A stretch of 38,496 nucleotides of DNA from Myxococcales bacterium (GTDB lineage: Bacteria; Myxococcota_A; UBA9042). How positions within the stretch are numbered: the stretch's first letter is position 1; every line of letters begins with the position of its first letter. Shown one piece after another: positions 29,740-38,496 of the stretch. The translations under genes and the position numbers were made by a program. Below the pieces are notes generated by a model that made no database searches, had not been told where the DNA came from, and was given only the letters and a program-made list of their open reading frames with translations. Location: assembly GCA_037441385.1 (NCBI GenBank), contig JBBISH010000058.1:1-38496 (forward strand). The letters are read 5' to 3'.

Positions 29740-30153
29740 ATGAAGGTGCAAGAACTGGAGAAGATGGTGGCCGAAGTTCGCAAAGGCGAGCGTGGCATGA
29801 CGCTGATCGAAATCATGGTGGTGATCGTCATCATCGGCGTGCTGGGCTCGGCGCTGGCCTACGGCGTGATGGGCGCCCTGGGCGAGGCCAAGGAAGACAC
29901 CTGCAAGGCGCAGATCGCCAACGTGGGCCAGATCGTCGAGGCGCACGAAGCGCGCAACGGCGACTATCCGTCAAGCCTGCAAGAACTGGCTGAGGGCAAG
30001 AAGGCCAAGCTGAAGCCCGAGAACCTGAAGGATCCGTGGAAGAAAGAGCTGCAATACCAGGCCAGCGGCGAGGGCTTTACCCTGTGCTCGGGCGGCTCGG
30101 ACAAGAAGATCGGCACCGAGGACGACATCTGCTACGGCGGCAAGGGGCACTAA
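29740..30153 (+). CDS. gspG: Major pseudopilin GspG
   Basis: Prepilin motif ERG|MTLIEIMVVIVIIG, plus YPSSL, KDPW and GTEDDI. Confidence 0.88.
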   Translation: MKVQELEKMVAEVRKGERGMTLIEIMVVIVIIGVLGSALAYGVMGALGEAKEDTCKAQIANVGQIVEAHEARNGDYPSSLQELAEGKKAKLKPENLKDPWKKELQYQASGEGFTLCSGGSDKKIGTEDDICYGGKGH

Positions 30154-30543
30154 GTGAGCGAAGTGGCGCCACGACCCGCCTGGGGCAAGAGGGTGGCCTG
30201 GCTTGTAGGGCTGGGGTTCCCCGTCGTGCTGGTTGCGCTCTTCCTTGGGTACGGCGTTTCCGGATGCCTGTGCGCATCCAAGGAGGAGACCGCCAAGGCC
30301 CAGGTGGCCGGCGTGGGACAGATCCTCGCGCAGTTCAAGGAGAAAACCGGCAGCTATCCCGCGAGCCTGCACGTGCTGGCGGACGGGCGCAAAGCGAAGC
30401 TCAAGCCGGAGAACCTGCGCGATCCGTGGCGGCAAGAGTTGGAGTATCGGTTGACGACAGCGGGTTTTGAGTTGTGCTCGGCCGGGCCGGATACCGACGC
30501 GGGCACGGTGGATGATGTTTGCTACGGTCGCGAGGTGCGCTAG
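30154..30543 (+). CDS. GspG paralog lacking the canonical prepilin motif; possible lipobox VSGC
   Basis: The C-terminal 84 aa align without gaps to GspG (48 identities by hand count). The N-terminus is unrelated. Confidence 0.75.
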   Translation: MSEVAPRPAWGKRVAWLVGLGFPVVLVALFLGYGVSGCLCASKEETAKAQVAGVGQILAQFKEKTGSYPASLHVLADGRKAKLKPENLRDPWRQELEYRLTTAGFELCSAGPDTDAGTVDDVCYGREVR

Positions 30544-31146
30544 GTGTTGAAGAGATCCCAAGGCTTTACGCTCATCGAGCTCATCGTCGTCGTGGCGGTG
30601 ATGATGGCGGTGACGTTGGCGGTGGCCACGGGGATCAACAACATCCGCGGGGCGTCGGCGCAGGCCGAAGCGGGCAAGGTGGCGACGGCGGTGCGCTACC
30701 TCTACAACCTGGCCGTGGTGTCGGGGCGCAACCAGCGGCTGGTGATCGACCTGGATACGCGGACTTGGTGGGGCGAGGGCCAGACCAGCGACGATCCGTG
30801 CCAGGGCTTTTTGCTGCCGGGCGACAACCAGGACGAGGGCACCGACGAGCAGCTGAAGAAAACCGGCGGCTTCGAGGCCAGCAAGACCACGCTGCTGCAG
30901 AAGAACGAGCTGGACAAGGGCGTGAAATTCGCCGGGGTGCTGACCAGCCACGACGACCAGCCGGTGGAAAAGGGGCAGGCGTTCATCAACTTCTTCCCCA
31001 ACGGCACCACCGAGCACGCGCTGATTCAGCTGAACGCGGAAGATGACTGGAACACTGTGGAAGTGTTCGCCTTGCAGGGCACCGCCAAGGTCCACGCCGG
31101 CAAGGTGGAGTTCGACGAGCTCAAGCGCGACAAAGAAGAACGGTAG
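30544..31146 (+). CDS. gspH: Minor pseudopilin GspH
   Basis: SQG|FTLIELIVVV, C-terminal FINFFPNGTTE, and gene position. Confidence 0.8.
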   Translation: MLKRSQGFTLIELIVVVAVMMAVTLAVATGINNIRGASAQAEAGKVATAVRYLYNLAVVSGRNQRLVIDLDTRTWWGEGQTSDDPCQGFLLPGDNQDEGTDEQLKKTGGFEASKTTLLQKNELDKGVKFAGVLTSHDDQPVEKGQAFINFFPNGTTEHALIQLNAEDDWNTVEVFALQGTAKVHAGKVEFDELKRDKEER

Positions 31147-31147
31147 T

Positions 31148-32065
31148 ATGCAAAGGAGGAGCGGACGGGTGCAAAAACGGAGTGCCGGCTTTACGTTGCT
31201 CGAGGTGTTGGTCGCCATGGCCCTGCTGGCCTTTGCGTTGACCATCATCGCCGGTAGCGCCTCGTCGTCGGCCAACTACAGCAAGCGCGTCTATCGCTCG
31301 ACCGTGGCGGCGCTGCTGCTACGTGGAACCCTGCTGGATATCGAAGAAAAGTACCGCAAAGACGGCTTCCCGACCAACGATCTGACCGGCCGCGACTGCG
31401 AGCTGCCCAAGGCCTATGCCAAGCAGTTCAAGTGCCGCTACGACCTGCTGGGCCTGAACTTGGACGAGGGCTCGATCTCGGGCATGACTGAGCAGGCGCA
31501 GTCGATGCTGACCAAGGCGCAAGAAACGCTGGCGCAGTCGGGCGCGTTGGACAAGTTATCGGGTGATAACAAAGGTGGCGGCTCCAAGCCGATGGCCAGC
31601 GATCTAGGCAAGTCGGCCGAGCAGGCGCAAAACGCCGGCATGGACCTGGGCGCGATCGCCAAGGGCACCGACCTGATGGGCCTGCTTCAGGTGATCCTGC
31701 TGTCCGGTCAACAGGGCATGAACCTGCTGGATCTGTGCGACATCAACATCGCCGTGTTGCAGATGTCGATGGGCCTGGTGATCAGCAACCTGCTGCCGAT
31801 GGTGCTCAAGCGCGCCAGCGACCGGACCCGCAAGGTGGTGGTGCACCTGCAGTGGAAGGATGAGGAAGGCGAGAACCGCACTCTGGACATGGAGACGTTT
31901 ACCACCGCGGTGAGTCAGGAGGAGGCCGAGGCGATCCGCAACCTGCAGAAGCAGGAGAAGGTGCAGAACGCGCTGGATCCGACGGGTGCGGGCGGCGTTC
32001 CGGGCATGCCCCCAGGCGGTCTGCTGGGCGGTATGGGCGGCATGGGCGGCGGGGTGAAGCGATGA
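31148..32065 (+). CDS. gspI: Minor pseudopilin GspI (extended, about 305 aa)
   Basis: SAG|FTLLEVLVAMALLA, RKVVVHLQW and gene position. Start at ATG 31148 (alternative GTG 31169). Confidence 0.78.
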   Translation: MQRRSGRVQKRSAGFTLLEVLVAMALLAFALTIIAGSASSSANYSKRVYRSTVAALLLRGTLLDIEEKYRKDGFPTNDLTGRDCELPKAYAKQFKCRYDLLGLNLDEGSISGMTEQAQSMLTKAQETLAQSGALDKLSGDNKGGGSKPMASDLGKSAEQAQNAGMDLGAIAKGTDLMGLLQVILLSGQQGMNLLDLCDINIAVLQMSMGLVISNLLPMVLKRASDRTRKVVVHLQWKDEEGENRTLDMETFTTAVSQEEAEAIRNLQKQEKVQNALDPTGAGGVPGMPPGGLLGGMGGMGGGVKR

Positions 32066-33369
32066 CCCCCTTCTGCCGCGCCATCGTGGGAGCCCAGCCG
32101 CTGAAGCAGCGGGCTATCATGACGCCGTCCCTCTACAGGGACGGCTTGGTATCTACTTGTGTAGACTCGGGTTTGTCGGGTCTGGTGCCGGATCGCAGGG
32201 CGCTCGGTGGGACGGAACCTGACGTCGGCGGAGGCCGACGGCGCTATGATAGCCCGCCCTTTCAAGGGCCGGGCACTCCCACGTTTGCCCAGCATGGTTG
32301 CGAACTTGGCCGAATCCGTGCTGACGTCGTGGGAGCCCAGCCGCTGAAGCGGCGGGCTAGCATGACGCCGTCCCTCTCCAGGGACGGCTTGGTATCTGCT
32401 GGTGCGGACTCGGGTTTTATCCCACGCAAACCCAACAACCAAGCCGGCTTCACCCTCATCGAGATCCTGGTGGCGGTGGGACTGCTCGCGGTTTTGGGCG
32501 TGATCCTGGCGACGTCGACGGCGTCGCTGATCGGCGCGATCCGCGACAACCGCCAGAGCCAGGAGTACTACCACGCGGCGCGGGTGGCGCTGGGGCGCAT
32601 GGACAACGAGATCGCCATGGCCTACCTGAGCAAGCACCAGAGCGACCTGAAGACCACCAAGACGGTGTTCGTCGGCAAGCAGAACTCGCTCACGTTCGCG
32701 ACGATCGGCCACCGGCGCATGGTCCGCGAAGCGCGCGAGAGCGACGAAGCGGTGGTGGAGTACAAGCTGGAAAAGGACAGCAAAACCGGCGACTCGATCC
32801 TGGTGCGCCGCGAGAAGCCGCTGATCGACGACCAGCCCTTCAAGGGCGGCCGCAAGCAGGTGCTGGCCTGGGGCGTCAAGAAATTGACCTTTGCCTACTG
32901 GGATATGGACAAGGAGTCCTGGCAGTCGGACTGGAAGGTCGAGATCGACAACGCCAAAGAAGAAGAGATGAAGAAGGCCCAGGCGGCGGCAGGCGTGGCG
33001 GCGGTGACCGGCAACGCGGCGCTGGGCTCGGCGCTGGCGTCGAACATGGCGAATCAAGAGCAGACCCACGGCCCGCAGGACCTGTGGCTGCCGGCGCGGG
33101 TCAAGGTCACGCTGGTGCTGGCGACCGAAGAGGGCGAGCTGACCTTTGAGACCCAGGCGCGGATTCGCCTGCAGCAGCCGTTGAACCTGGGCGGCATCCA
33201 TGTGCCCAAGCCCTTTGAGAATTCGCTGAATCCGTACGCAGCCATGCCGGGCCAGACGCCGGGCAATTTCAGCGTGCCGGGCGCAGGCGGCATGGGCGGC
33301 GCTCTGCCGGGCAACCCTATGATGCCGCGGCCGAATCCGGGCATGGGCATGCCGGGAGGTGGACGATGA
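32062..33369 (+). CDS. gspJ: Minor pseudopilin GspJ with a repeat-derived 129-aa leader
   Basis: QAG|FTLIEILVAV (cleavage between 32448 and 32449), VKKLTFAYWD..WQSDW and LPARVKVTL. The ATG overlaps the gspI stop (ATGA). Alternative start at 32362. Confidence 0.82.
   Translation: MTPFCRAIVGAQPLKQRAIMTPSLYRDGLVSTCVDSGLSGLVPDRRALGGTEPDVGGGRRRYDSPPFQGPGTPTFAQHGCELGRIRADVVGAQPLKRRASMTPSLSRDGLVSAGADSGFIPRKPNNQAGFTLIEILVAVGLLAVLGVILATSTASLIGAIRDNRQSQEYYHAARVALGRMDNEIAMAYLSKHQSDLKTTKTVFVGKQNSLTFATIGHRRMVREARESDEAVVEYKLEKDSKTGDSILVRREKPLIDDQPFKGGRKQVLAWGVKKLTFAYWDMDKESWQSDWKVEIDNAKEEEMKKAQAAAGVAAVTGNAALGSALASNMANQEQTHGPQDLWLPARVKVTLVLATEEGELTFETQARIRLQQPLNLGGIHVPKPFENSLNPYAAMPGQTPGNFSVPGAGGMGGALPGNPMMPRPNPGMGMPGGGR
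32084..32417. mobile_element. REP/REPIN- or MITE-like palindromic repeat cluster inside the 5' end of gspJ
   Basis: 91-bp direct repeats at 32084-32174 and 32327-32417 (7 differences), an inverted partial copy at 32237-32283, and hairpins such as GCCGTCCCT-N4-AGGGACGGC. Confidence 0.75.
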
Positions 33370-34655
33370 GCACGCCCGCGGCGACTTGGAAGCTGGGCGC
33401 GCGTCTGGCCGAGGCAGTGCGGGCGGGGCTGCGCGCGACCGGCCAGGGCTCGGCGGGACCGACCGACCGCCAGCGCGGGGTGGCGCTGCTGCTGGCGATG
33501 GCGTCGATCGCGATCCTGACGATCTTTTCGCTCGAGTTCACCTACACTTCGCGAGTGGCGGTCAAGACGTCGAGCTACGTGGAAGCCGAGGTGGAGGCGC
33601 ACCTGCACGCGCGCGCGGCAGTGGAGCTGGCGGCGATGGTGATCGGCAGCAACGATCTGGTCGAGAAGATGATCGCCCAGTACTCGCAGATGCTGGCCGG
33701 CAAGAAGCCCAACATCAGCATCGGCGCCTATGCCTGCGAATTCGTCAACGCCTTCTGCAAGGGCGAGATGACGCTGATGGGCCTGCAGCTGGTGAACCTG
33801 GAAGGGCATCCTGCGGTGGGTCTGAAGCGCGGTACCTGCGGCTGCCAGTCCGGCGACGACGACGGCCGGGTCAACATCAACCGGGTCAACGACTTGAACC
33901 AGAAGCAGGCGGTGTTCGACACCCTGTACAAGCTGCTGGAACGCAACGAGGGCATGACCCGGCCGGGCGAGATCGACAAGGACATGGCGCAGTTGGCGCT
34001 CAACGTCATCGACTGGGCCGACAAGGACACGCTGAAGACGGACATCGATCCCAACAGCAAGAAGCTGGTCGAGGGTTCGGGCGCCGAGGGCTCGGGCTAT
34101 GCGCGCAGCAACATGAAGGTCAAGGACGCGCCCTTTGACACCACCGAGGAAGTGCGGCTGGTGCAGGGCATGAACGACAAGCTGTGGTGCAAGCTGAAGA
34201 ACCAGCTGACGGTCTACAACACCGAGAAGCTGAACGTGAACACCGCGCCGATCGAGGTGATCAAGGCGCTGATTTGCAAGAATCTGGCCAATCCGATGAA
34301 CGAGCAGATCGCGTGTGCGCGCGGGATGCAGGGCAGCGGTCAAGAGATGTTCGTGCCGGTCAACGTGGCCGGGCAGTACATCGAGGTGTGCCGCACCTTG
34401 AAAAAGATGTTGTTCTCGCCGCCGTTTGCCAACCCGGGCCGGTTCGTCAATTTCTTTGACAAGCTGGGGACGGTGGTGCCGGCGGACTATGCAAAAGTCT
34501 TGGCAATCAACCAAGGCCGCATGCTCGAGGACGTGGGAACGAGCGGCAAGATCGTCCGCATCCAGGCCTACGGCACCAGCGGCAAGGTGCAGCGGCGCAT
34601 CACCGCGCTGCTCGACACCACCTCGCAGCGCTACGTGTACTGGCGCGAAGACTAG
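33366..34655 (+). CDS. gspK: Minor pseudopilin GspK
   Basis: QRG|VALLLAM (no E5, as expected for GspK), DDGRVNIN, NVIDWAD, PFDTTEEVRLVQGM and LNVNTAP. Confidence 0.9.
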   Translation: MSTPAATWKLGARLAEAVRAGLRATGQGSAGPTDRQRGVALLLAMASIAILTIFSLEFTYTSRVAVKTSSYVEAEVEAHLHARAAVELAAMVIGSNDLVEKMIAQYSQMLAGKKPNISIGAYACEFVNAFCKGEMTLMGLQLVNLEGHPAVGLKRGTCGCQSGDDDGRVNINRVNDLNQKQAVFDTLYKLLERNEGMTRPGEIDKDMAQLALNVIDWADKDTLKTDIDPNSKKLVEGSGAEGSGYARSNMKVKDAPFDTTEEVRLVQGMNDKLWCKLKNQLTVYNTEKLNVNTAPIEVIKALICKNLANPMNEQIACARGMQGSGQEMFVPVNVAGQYIEVCRTLKKMLFSPPFANPGRFVNFFDKLGTVVPADYAKVLAINQGRMLEDVGTSGKIVRIQAYGTSGKVQRRITALLDTTSQRYVYWRED

Positions 34656-34673
34656 CGGAAGGGGACGGAGCGA

Positions 34674-36686
34674 ATGGCTCACAGAATCCTGGGTTTGGAC
34701 ATTGGGACGCGGGCGATCCGCCTGGCGATTGCCGACAAGTCGCTGCGGCAGACGGCGCTGACCGGCTGGGACGAAGAGCCGGTGGCGGCGCCCGATCCCG
34801 AGCAGGCGGCGCATCATCGGCACGCGCTGTTTTCGCCCGAGCAGGCGGCGGCCGTGCAGACCCTGCTGCTGCGCAACCAGCGACCCGACGACGTGGTGGC
34901 CGTGGCCATGCCCGCGACCTACGTGATGCACCGCGTGCTCGCGTTCCCGTTCCGCGACGACCAGGCCATCGCCGAAGCGGTGGGATTTGAACTTGAAAAT
35001 CACATTCCGACGCCCATCAGCGACGTGATCGTCGACTTTGTGCGGCTGGGCGAAAAAGAGGGACAGACCGAGGTGTTGGCGCTGGCGGCGCCGCGCGACA
35101 TCGTCACCAAGCACATCGACGCGTACAAAGAGCTGGGGATCGAGGCGCGGCGGCTGGGCCTGCAGTCGCTGGCGTTCGCGCACCTGGTCCGCAAGCTGCC
35201 CGACGCCAAGGACGGCGTGACGCTGCTCGTCGATGTGGGCACGCGCTCGTCGGAAGTGCTGGTGTGCCAAGATGGCAAAACCCAGATGTTGCGCAGCTTT
35301 GCCGTGGGTGGCCAGACCGTCGCCGAGCTGTTCGGCAGCCTGGTCCAAAGCGACCTGCAGCCCGCCGACCTGCTGCGCGGCCATGCGCAATTGCTGCCCG
35401 ACGAAGCGCTAGAGAGCGAGCAAGAACGCGGGCTGGCGCTGGCAACCCGCCAAGCGGTGCAACCGCTGCTGCGCGAACTGCGCCTGACGCTGGCCAACTG
35501 GCAGCGGCGCTCGCACAAGAAGCCCGACCGGATCCTGCTGACGGGCTGGCTGGCCGAGCTGGGCGGCATCCACGAGTTCGTGGAGCGGGCGCTGGACGTG
35601 CCGGTGCAGGCGATTGCCTTGGGCAACATGCCCGACGTGCGCCTGGCCAGTGCCCACAGCCTGGGCGATCGCGGCGCGCTGGCCGTGGCGTTGGCTCTGG
35701 CGGCGGCGGATACCGAAGAGAGCGGCGACGTCGATTTTCGCCAGGGCGAGCTGGCTTACGAAGGCGATTTCAAGGTGCTGCGCCAGCGCCTGCCGCAGCT
35801 GGTCGCGTTCATCGTGGTGGCCCTGTGCCTGCTGGGGATCCGCGCGAGCCTGAACTACCGGGCGCTGGTCATCGAGCAGGAGCAGCAACTGGCGATTCTG
35901 CAGGCGCTTTCTAAACAGCTGACCGGCAAGGCCTCGACCGACTTTGAGACGGTGCGCAAGGAATTGGCGCGCGAGCCGGCCGTGGACATGGCGGCGTTGT
36001 ATCCCGATATCAGCGCCTTCAAGGTGCTGGAAGATGTGTCCAGCATCTTGGACAAAGTGACCGAGCCGCCGGACTTCAAGCCGCCGGGCGGCCCCGAAGA
36101 AGAGGCTGCGCCCCAGCCCGACACGCCGACGCCACCGCCCGGAATGGTGGTCCCGCCTGGGGTTACGGGGATTCCGGCGCACCGCCTGCCCACCGTTGAC
36201 GCGGTTCGGCGGCCGCCGCGTGGCGCGGGGCACGGTCGCGGCGGTCCCGGCGCTGGCGACGACTCGGCCAGTGAAGCCAAACCGTCGGCTGCGCTTCCGG
36301 GGGGAGCGCCGCCGGCTGGGCCCGCCAGCCCCGATGGGGCGGCCAAGGACGAGGCGAAGGGGCGCGATCCCTCAGAGCCTTTTACGGGGCACAAAGTCGA
36401 GCTGTCGGCGGTGCAGATCGAGCGCGGCCGCGGCACGTTGCGCGGCGACGCCGACACCCAGGACGCCATCCTGGCGCTGCAGCAGGCGGTAGACGCCCAC
36501 AAGTGCTTTTCCAAGGTGAAGTCGAGCTCGGACCGCATCACCTTTGAACGGCACCGCGACTGGTTCAAGTTCACGCTGGAATTCGAGATTGCCTGCCCCG
36601 TCGAGGCCGAGAAGGCCAAGAAAGACAAGGCCGCCAAGGGCGACGCCGAGGCCGACAAGACCGACGCGGAAGGGGAAGAGAAATGA
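34674..36686 (+). CDS. gspL: Type II secretion protein GspL (PilM-like cytoplasmic domain, TM, periplasmic domain)
   Basis: ILGLDIGTRAIR, FELENHIP, LLVDVG, ILLTG, VDFRQGELAY, a TM segment and a ferredoxin-like C-terminus. Confidence 0.85.
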   Translation: MAHRILGLDIGTRAIRLAIADKSLRQTALTGWDEEPVAAPDPEQAAHHRHALFSPEQAAAVQTLLLRNQRPDDVVAVAMPATYVMHRVLAFPFRDDQAIAEAVGFELENHIPTPISDVIVDFVRLGEKEGQTEVLALAAPRDIVTKHIDAYKELGIEARRLGLQSLAFAHLVRKLPDAKDGVTLLVDVGTRSSEVLVCQDGKTQMLRSFAVGGQTVAELFGSLVQSDLQPADLLRGHAQLLPDEALESEQERGLALATRQAVQPLLRELRLTLANWQRRSHKKPDRILLTGWLAELGGIHEFVERALDVPVQAIALGNMPDVRLASAHSLGDRGALAVALALAAADTEESGDVDFRQGELAYEGDFKVLRQRLPQLVAFIVVALCLLGIRASLNYRALVIEQEQQLAILQALSKQLTGKASTDFETVRKELAREPAVDMAALYPDISAFKVLEDVSSILDKVTEPPDFKPPGGPEEEAAPQPDTPTPPPGMVVPPGVTGIPAHRLPTVDAVRRPPRGAGHGRGGPGAGDDSASEAKPSAALPGGAPPAGPASPDGAAKDEAKGRDPSEPFTGHKVELSAVQIERGRGTLRGDADTQDAILALQQAVDAHKCFSKVKSSSDRITFERHRDWFKFTLEFEIACPVEAEKAKKDKAAKGDAEADKTDAEGEEK

Positions 36687-37357
36687 GCCTGATGGCCTCG
36701 AAATTGGGCAGGCTCGGCGCGGCTTTTGAGCGCATGAGCGATCGCGAGCGCAAGCTGGTGCTGGGCGGCATCGCGGTGATGACGCTGATCGGCCTGGTGC
36801 TGGTGGCCGTGCTGGTGTCGCGGCGGGTCAGCGCGCTGGAAGAAGAAGTCCAGGGCAACGAGGCGGCGCTCAAGGACATTTCGGCGGCGGCGCCGCGCTA
36901 CCTGGCCCTGCGCGAAGAAGAAAAGAGCGTGGCCGACCAGCTGGATCGCGCCGCCAAAGAGCCGCTGCAGGCCACGGTCTTGGCGATCGCCAAGGAGATC
37001 AAGTACCAGGCCAAGGATGCCGAGGGCGGCGAGGCCGAGACGCGGCTGGCGGATGTGATCAAATTTGCCAATGCGTCGGACATCTTGGCCGAGCTGACCA
37101 CCAAGGCGGCCAAGAAGGTCCAAAAGCCCAAGACCAAGAAGAAGAAGGGCGGCAAAGAGGTGTTCTTGTCGACCATCGACGCCGTGTTCCAGAATGTGCC
37201 GGACGACGCCGTGCTGCGCTTCTTGTCCAAACTGGAGACGCATCCCGAGCCGATGTTTGGCCTGACGGTGGAGATCACCCGCACCGGGCCGACGCGCGAT
37301 CAGATGCAAGCGACGATCAAGATTGGGCAATTTCGGTACGGGCAGCTCGAGGAGTAG
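36683..37357 (+). CDS. gspM: Type II secretion protein GspM
   Basis: FERMSDRERKLV followed by a TM, and LRFLSKLE. Position after gspL. Confidence 0.8.
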   Translation: MSLMASKLGRLGAAFERMSDRERKLVLGGIAVMTLIGLVLVAVLVSRRVSALEEEVQGNEAALKDISAAAPRYLALREEEKSVADQLDRAAKEPLQATVLAIAKEIKYQAKDAEGGEAETRLADVIKFANASDILAELTTKAAKKVQKPKTKKKKGGKEVFLSTIDAVFQNVPDDAVLRFLSKLETHPEPMFGLTVEITRTGPTRDQMQATIKIGQFRYGQLEE

Positions 37358-37360
37358 CGC

Positions 37361-38496
37361 ATGCAGCGGTTCTGGCAACACCCCCGGGTGATCGCGGCCC
37401 TGCAGTACGCAGGCTACGCGCTGTTTTTCATGGTGATTCTGGTGTTTGCGCTGCCGTGGACGTTCCCGGTGCGGCAATTGCGCAGCTATGTGACCAAGCA
37501 GGCGCGGCAGCAGGGTTACCCGATGGAGATCGAGGAGATCCGTCTGCGCGGCCTGGGCGGCATCGAGCTGTCGGGGCTGAGCGTGACGCTGCCGGGCAAG
37601 CCTGGCGAGCCCACCGAAGGCGGGGGCATCGGCCCAGGGCTGCCCGAGGTGGAGCTGAAGATCGACAAGGTCTCGGCCAAGGTGGCCATTTTGCCAATGC
37701 TTTTTGGCAAGACCTTTGACGTCCGCTTTGACATCGAGGCCGGCGGCGGCACCATCAGCGACGGACGGGTGGTGCGCAAGGGCGAGGTGTTCGACTTCGA
37801 GATCGGCGCCATCGACGGGCTGTCGCTGGCCACGATGGGCATCGGCAAGCGCGCGCTGGGGCCGCAGACCAGCCTGCTGGGCGACGTGGACGGCAAGCTG
37901 GGCGGCAAGATGCAGGTCCACTACGGCGGCAGCACCGACGACATGACCGGGCAGGTGGAGTTGGAGCTGGCCGACGCGGTGCTGCGCTCGCCAGAGTTGA
38001 GCGTGCAGGGTGGCTTGCGGCTTCAGGATCTGGGCGTGGGGACGTTTACGCTCAAGGTCAAGATGAACCTGAAGCAGAACATCGCGGCCCTGCAGGCGGT
38101 GCGCGGCGCGGACAAGGCCACGGTCTTGCACATCGAGCAGATGCAGGCCGAGGGCGACCAGTTGGAGCTGGTCACCGAAGAGACGAGCCATATCCTGATT
38201 CCGCCTGGAAAAGCTGGCTTCAAGCAGGCCACGCTGCAACTGCACTTTGCCTTTGCTTTGCCCGACAAGCCCAGCGCCAAGAAGAAGCCCGCCAAGGCGG
38301 ACGCAGACAAGGGCGACGGCGAAAAGGGCGATTCCGAGGCTGACAAGGCCCAGAGCGACCGCATCAAGTGGGCCTCGCTGCTGTCGCTGGTGGGCAAGAA
38401 GCTGCAGCCCTTCGAGCGCGGCGGCTACATCGGCATCGGCTGCACGGGGGCGCTGTCGCGGCCGCAGTGCAAGCCGGAATTGCCCATGGTCAATGT
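37361..38496 (+). CDS. gspN: Type II secretion protein GspN (3' end runs off the window)
   Basis: Absent from the ORF track because there is no stop in the window. Read manually: MQRFWQHPRVIAALQYAGYALFFMVILVFALPWTFPVRQL.., a TM followed by TFP and a beta-rich body. Position after gspM. Confidence 0.75.
   Translation, partial: MQRFWQHPRVIAALQYAGYALFFMVILVFALPWTFPVRQLRSYVTKQARQQGYPMEIEEIRLRGLGGIELSGLSVTLPGKPGEPTEGGGIGPGLPEVELKIDKVSAKVAILPMLFGKTFDVRFDIEAGGGTISDGRVVRKGEVFDFEIGAIDGLSLATMGIGKRALGPQTSLLGDVDGKLGGKMQVHYGGSTDDMTGQVELELADAVLRSPELSVQGGLRLQDLGVGTFTLKVKMNLKQNIAALQAVRGADKATVLHIEQMQAEGDQLELVTEETSHILIPPGKAGFKQATLQLHFAFALPDKPSAKKKPAKADADKGDGEKGDSEADKAQSDRIKWASLLSLVGKKLQPFERGGYIGIGCTGALSRPQCKPELPMVN

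Noticed and set aside
32084..32417. Autonomous IS element or gspJ pseudogene
   Set aside because: No transposase is encoded, and the gspJ frame is intact with a complete prepilin motif.

Overview
GC-rich window, most likely from a Myxococcota ('deltaproteobacterial') genome, dominated by cell-envelope and surface-export genes. All family calls come from motif recognition and gene order, not database searches. In order: (i) a minus-strand gliding-motility-like operon with a Cys-rich VWA lipoprotein (CglB-like), two outer-membrane beta-barrels (GltB/GltA-like) and a TPR protein (GltC-like, truncated by the window edge); (ii) a divergent intergenic region with a 20-bp tandem repeat; (iii) three tandem paralogous 740-800 aa Ig-chain lipoproteins with a shared Asp-rich C-terminal domain; (iv) ihfB-like, asnS, a PP2C phosphatase and asd; (v) one ORF fusing a MYXO-CTERM-anchored FN3 protein, through an internal second signal peptide, to an outer-membrane barrel; (vi) truA and a convergent Cys-rich lipoprotein; (vii) a type II secretion operon gspC-D-E-F-G-G'-H-I-J-K-L-M-N. 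Best leads: the apparent two-signal polyprotein; an identical palindrome plus sigma54 promoter architecture (118-bp spacing) upstream of both that gene and the T2SS operon; a GspG duplicate with a lipobox in place of the prepilin motif; a REP/REPIN-like element lying in frame in the GspJ leader; and a 45-aa Gly/Met-rich insert in the predicted secretin gate.
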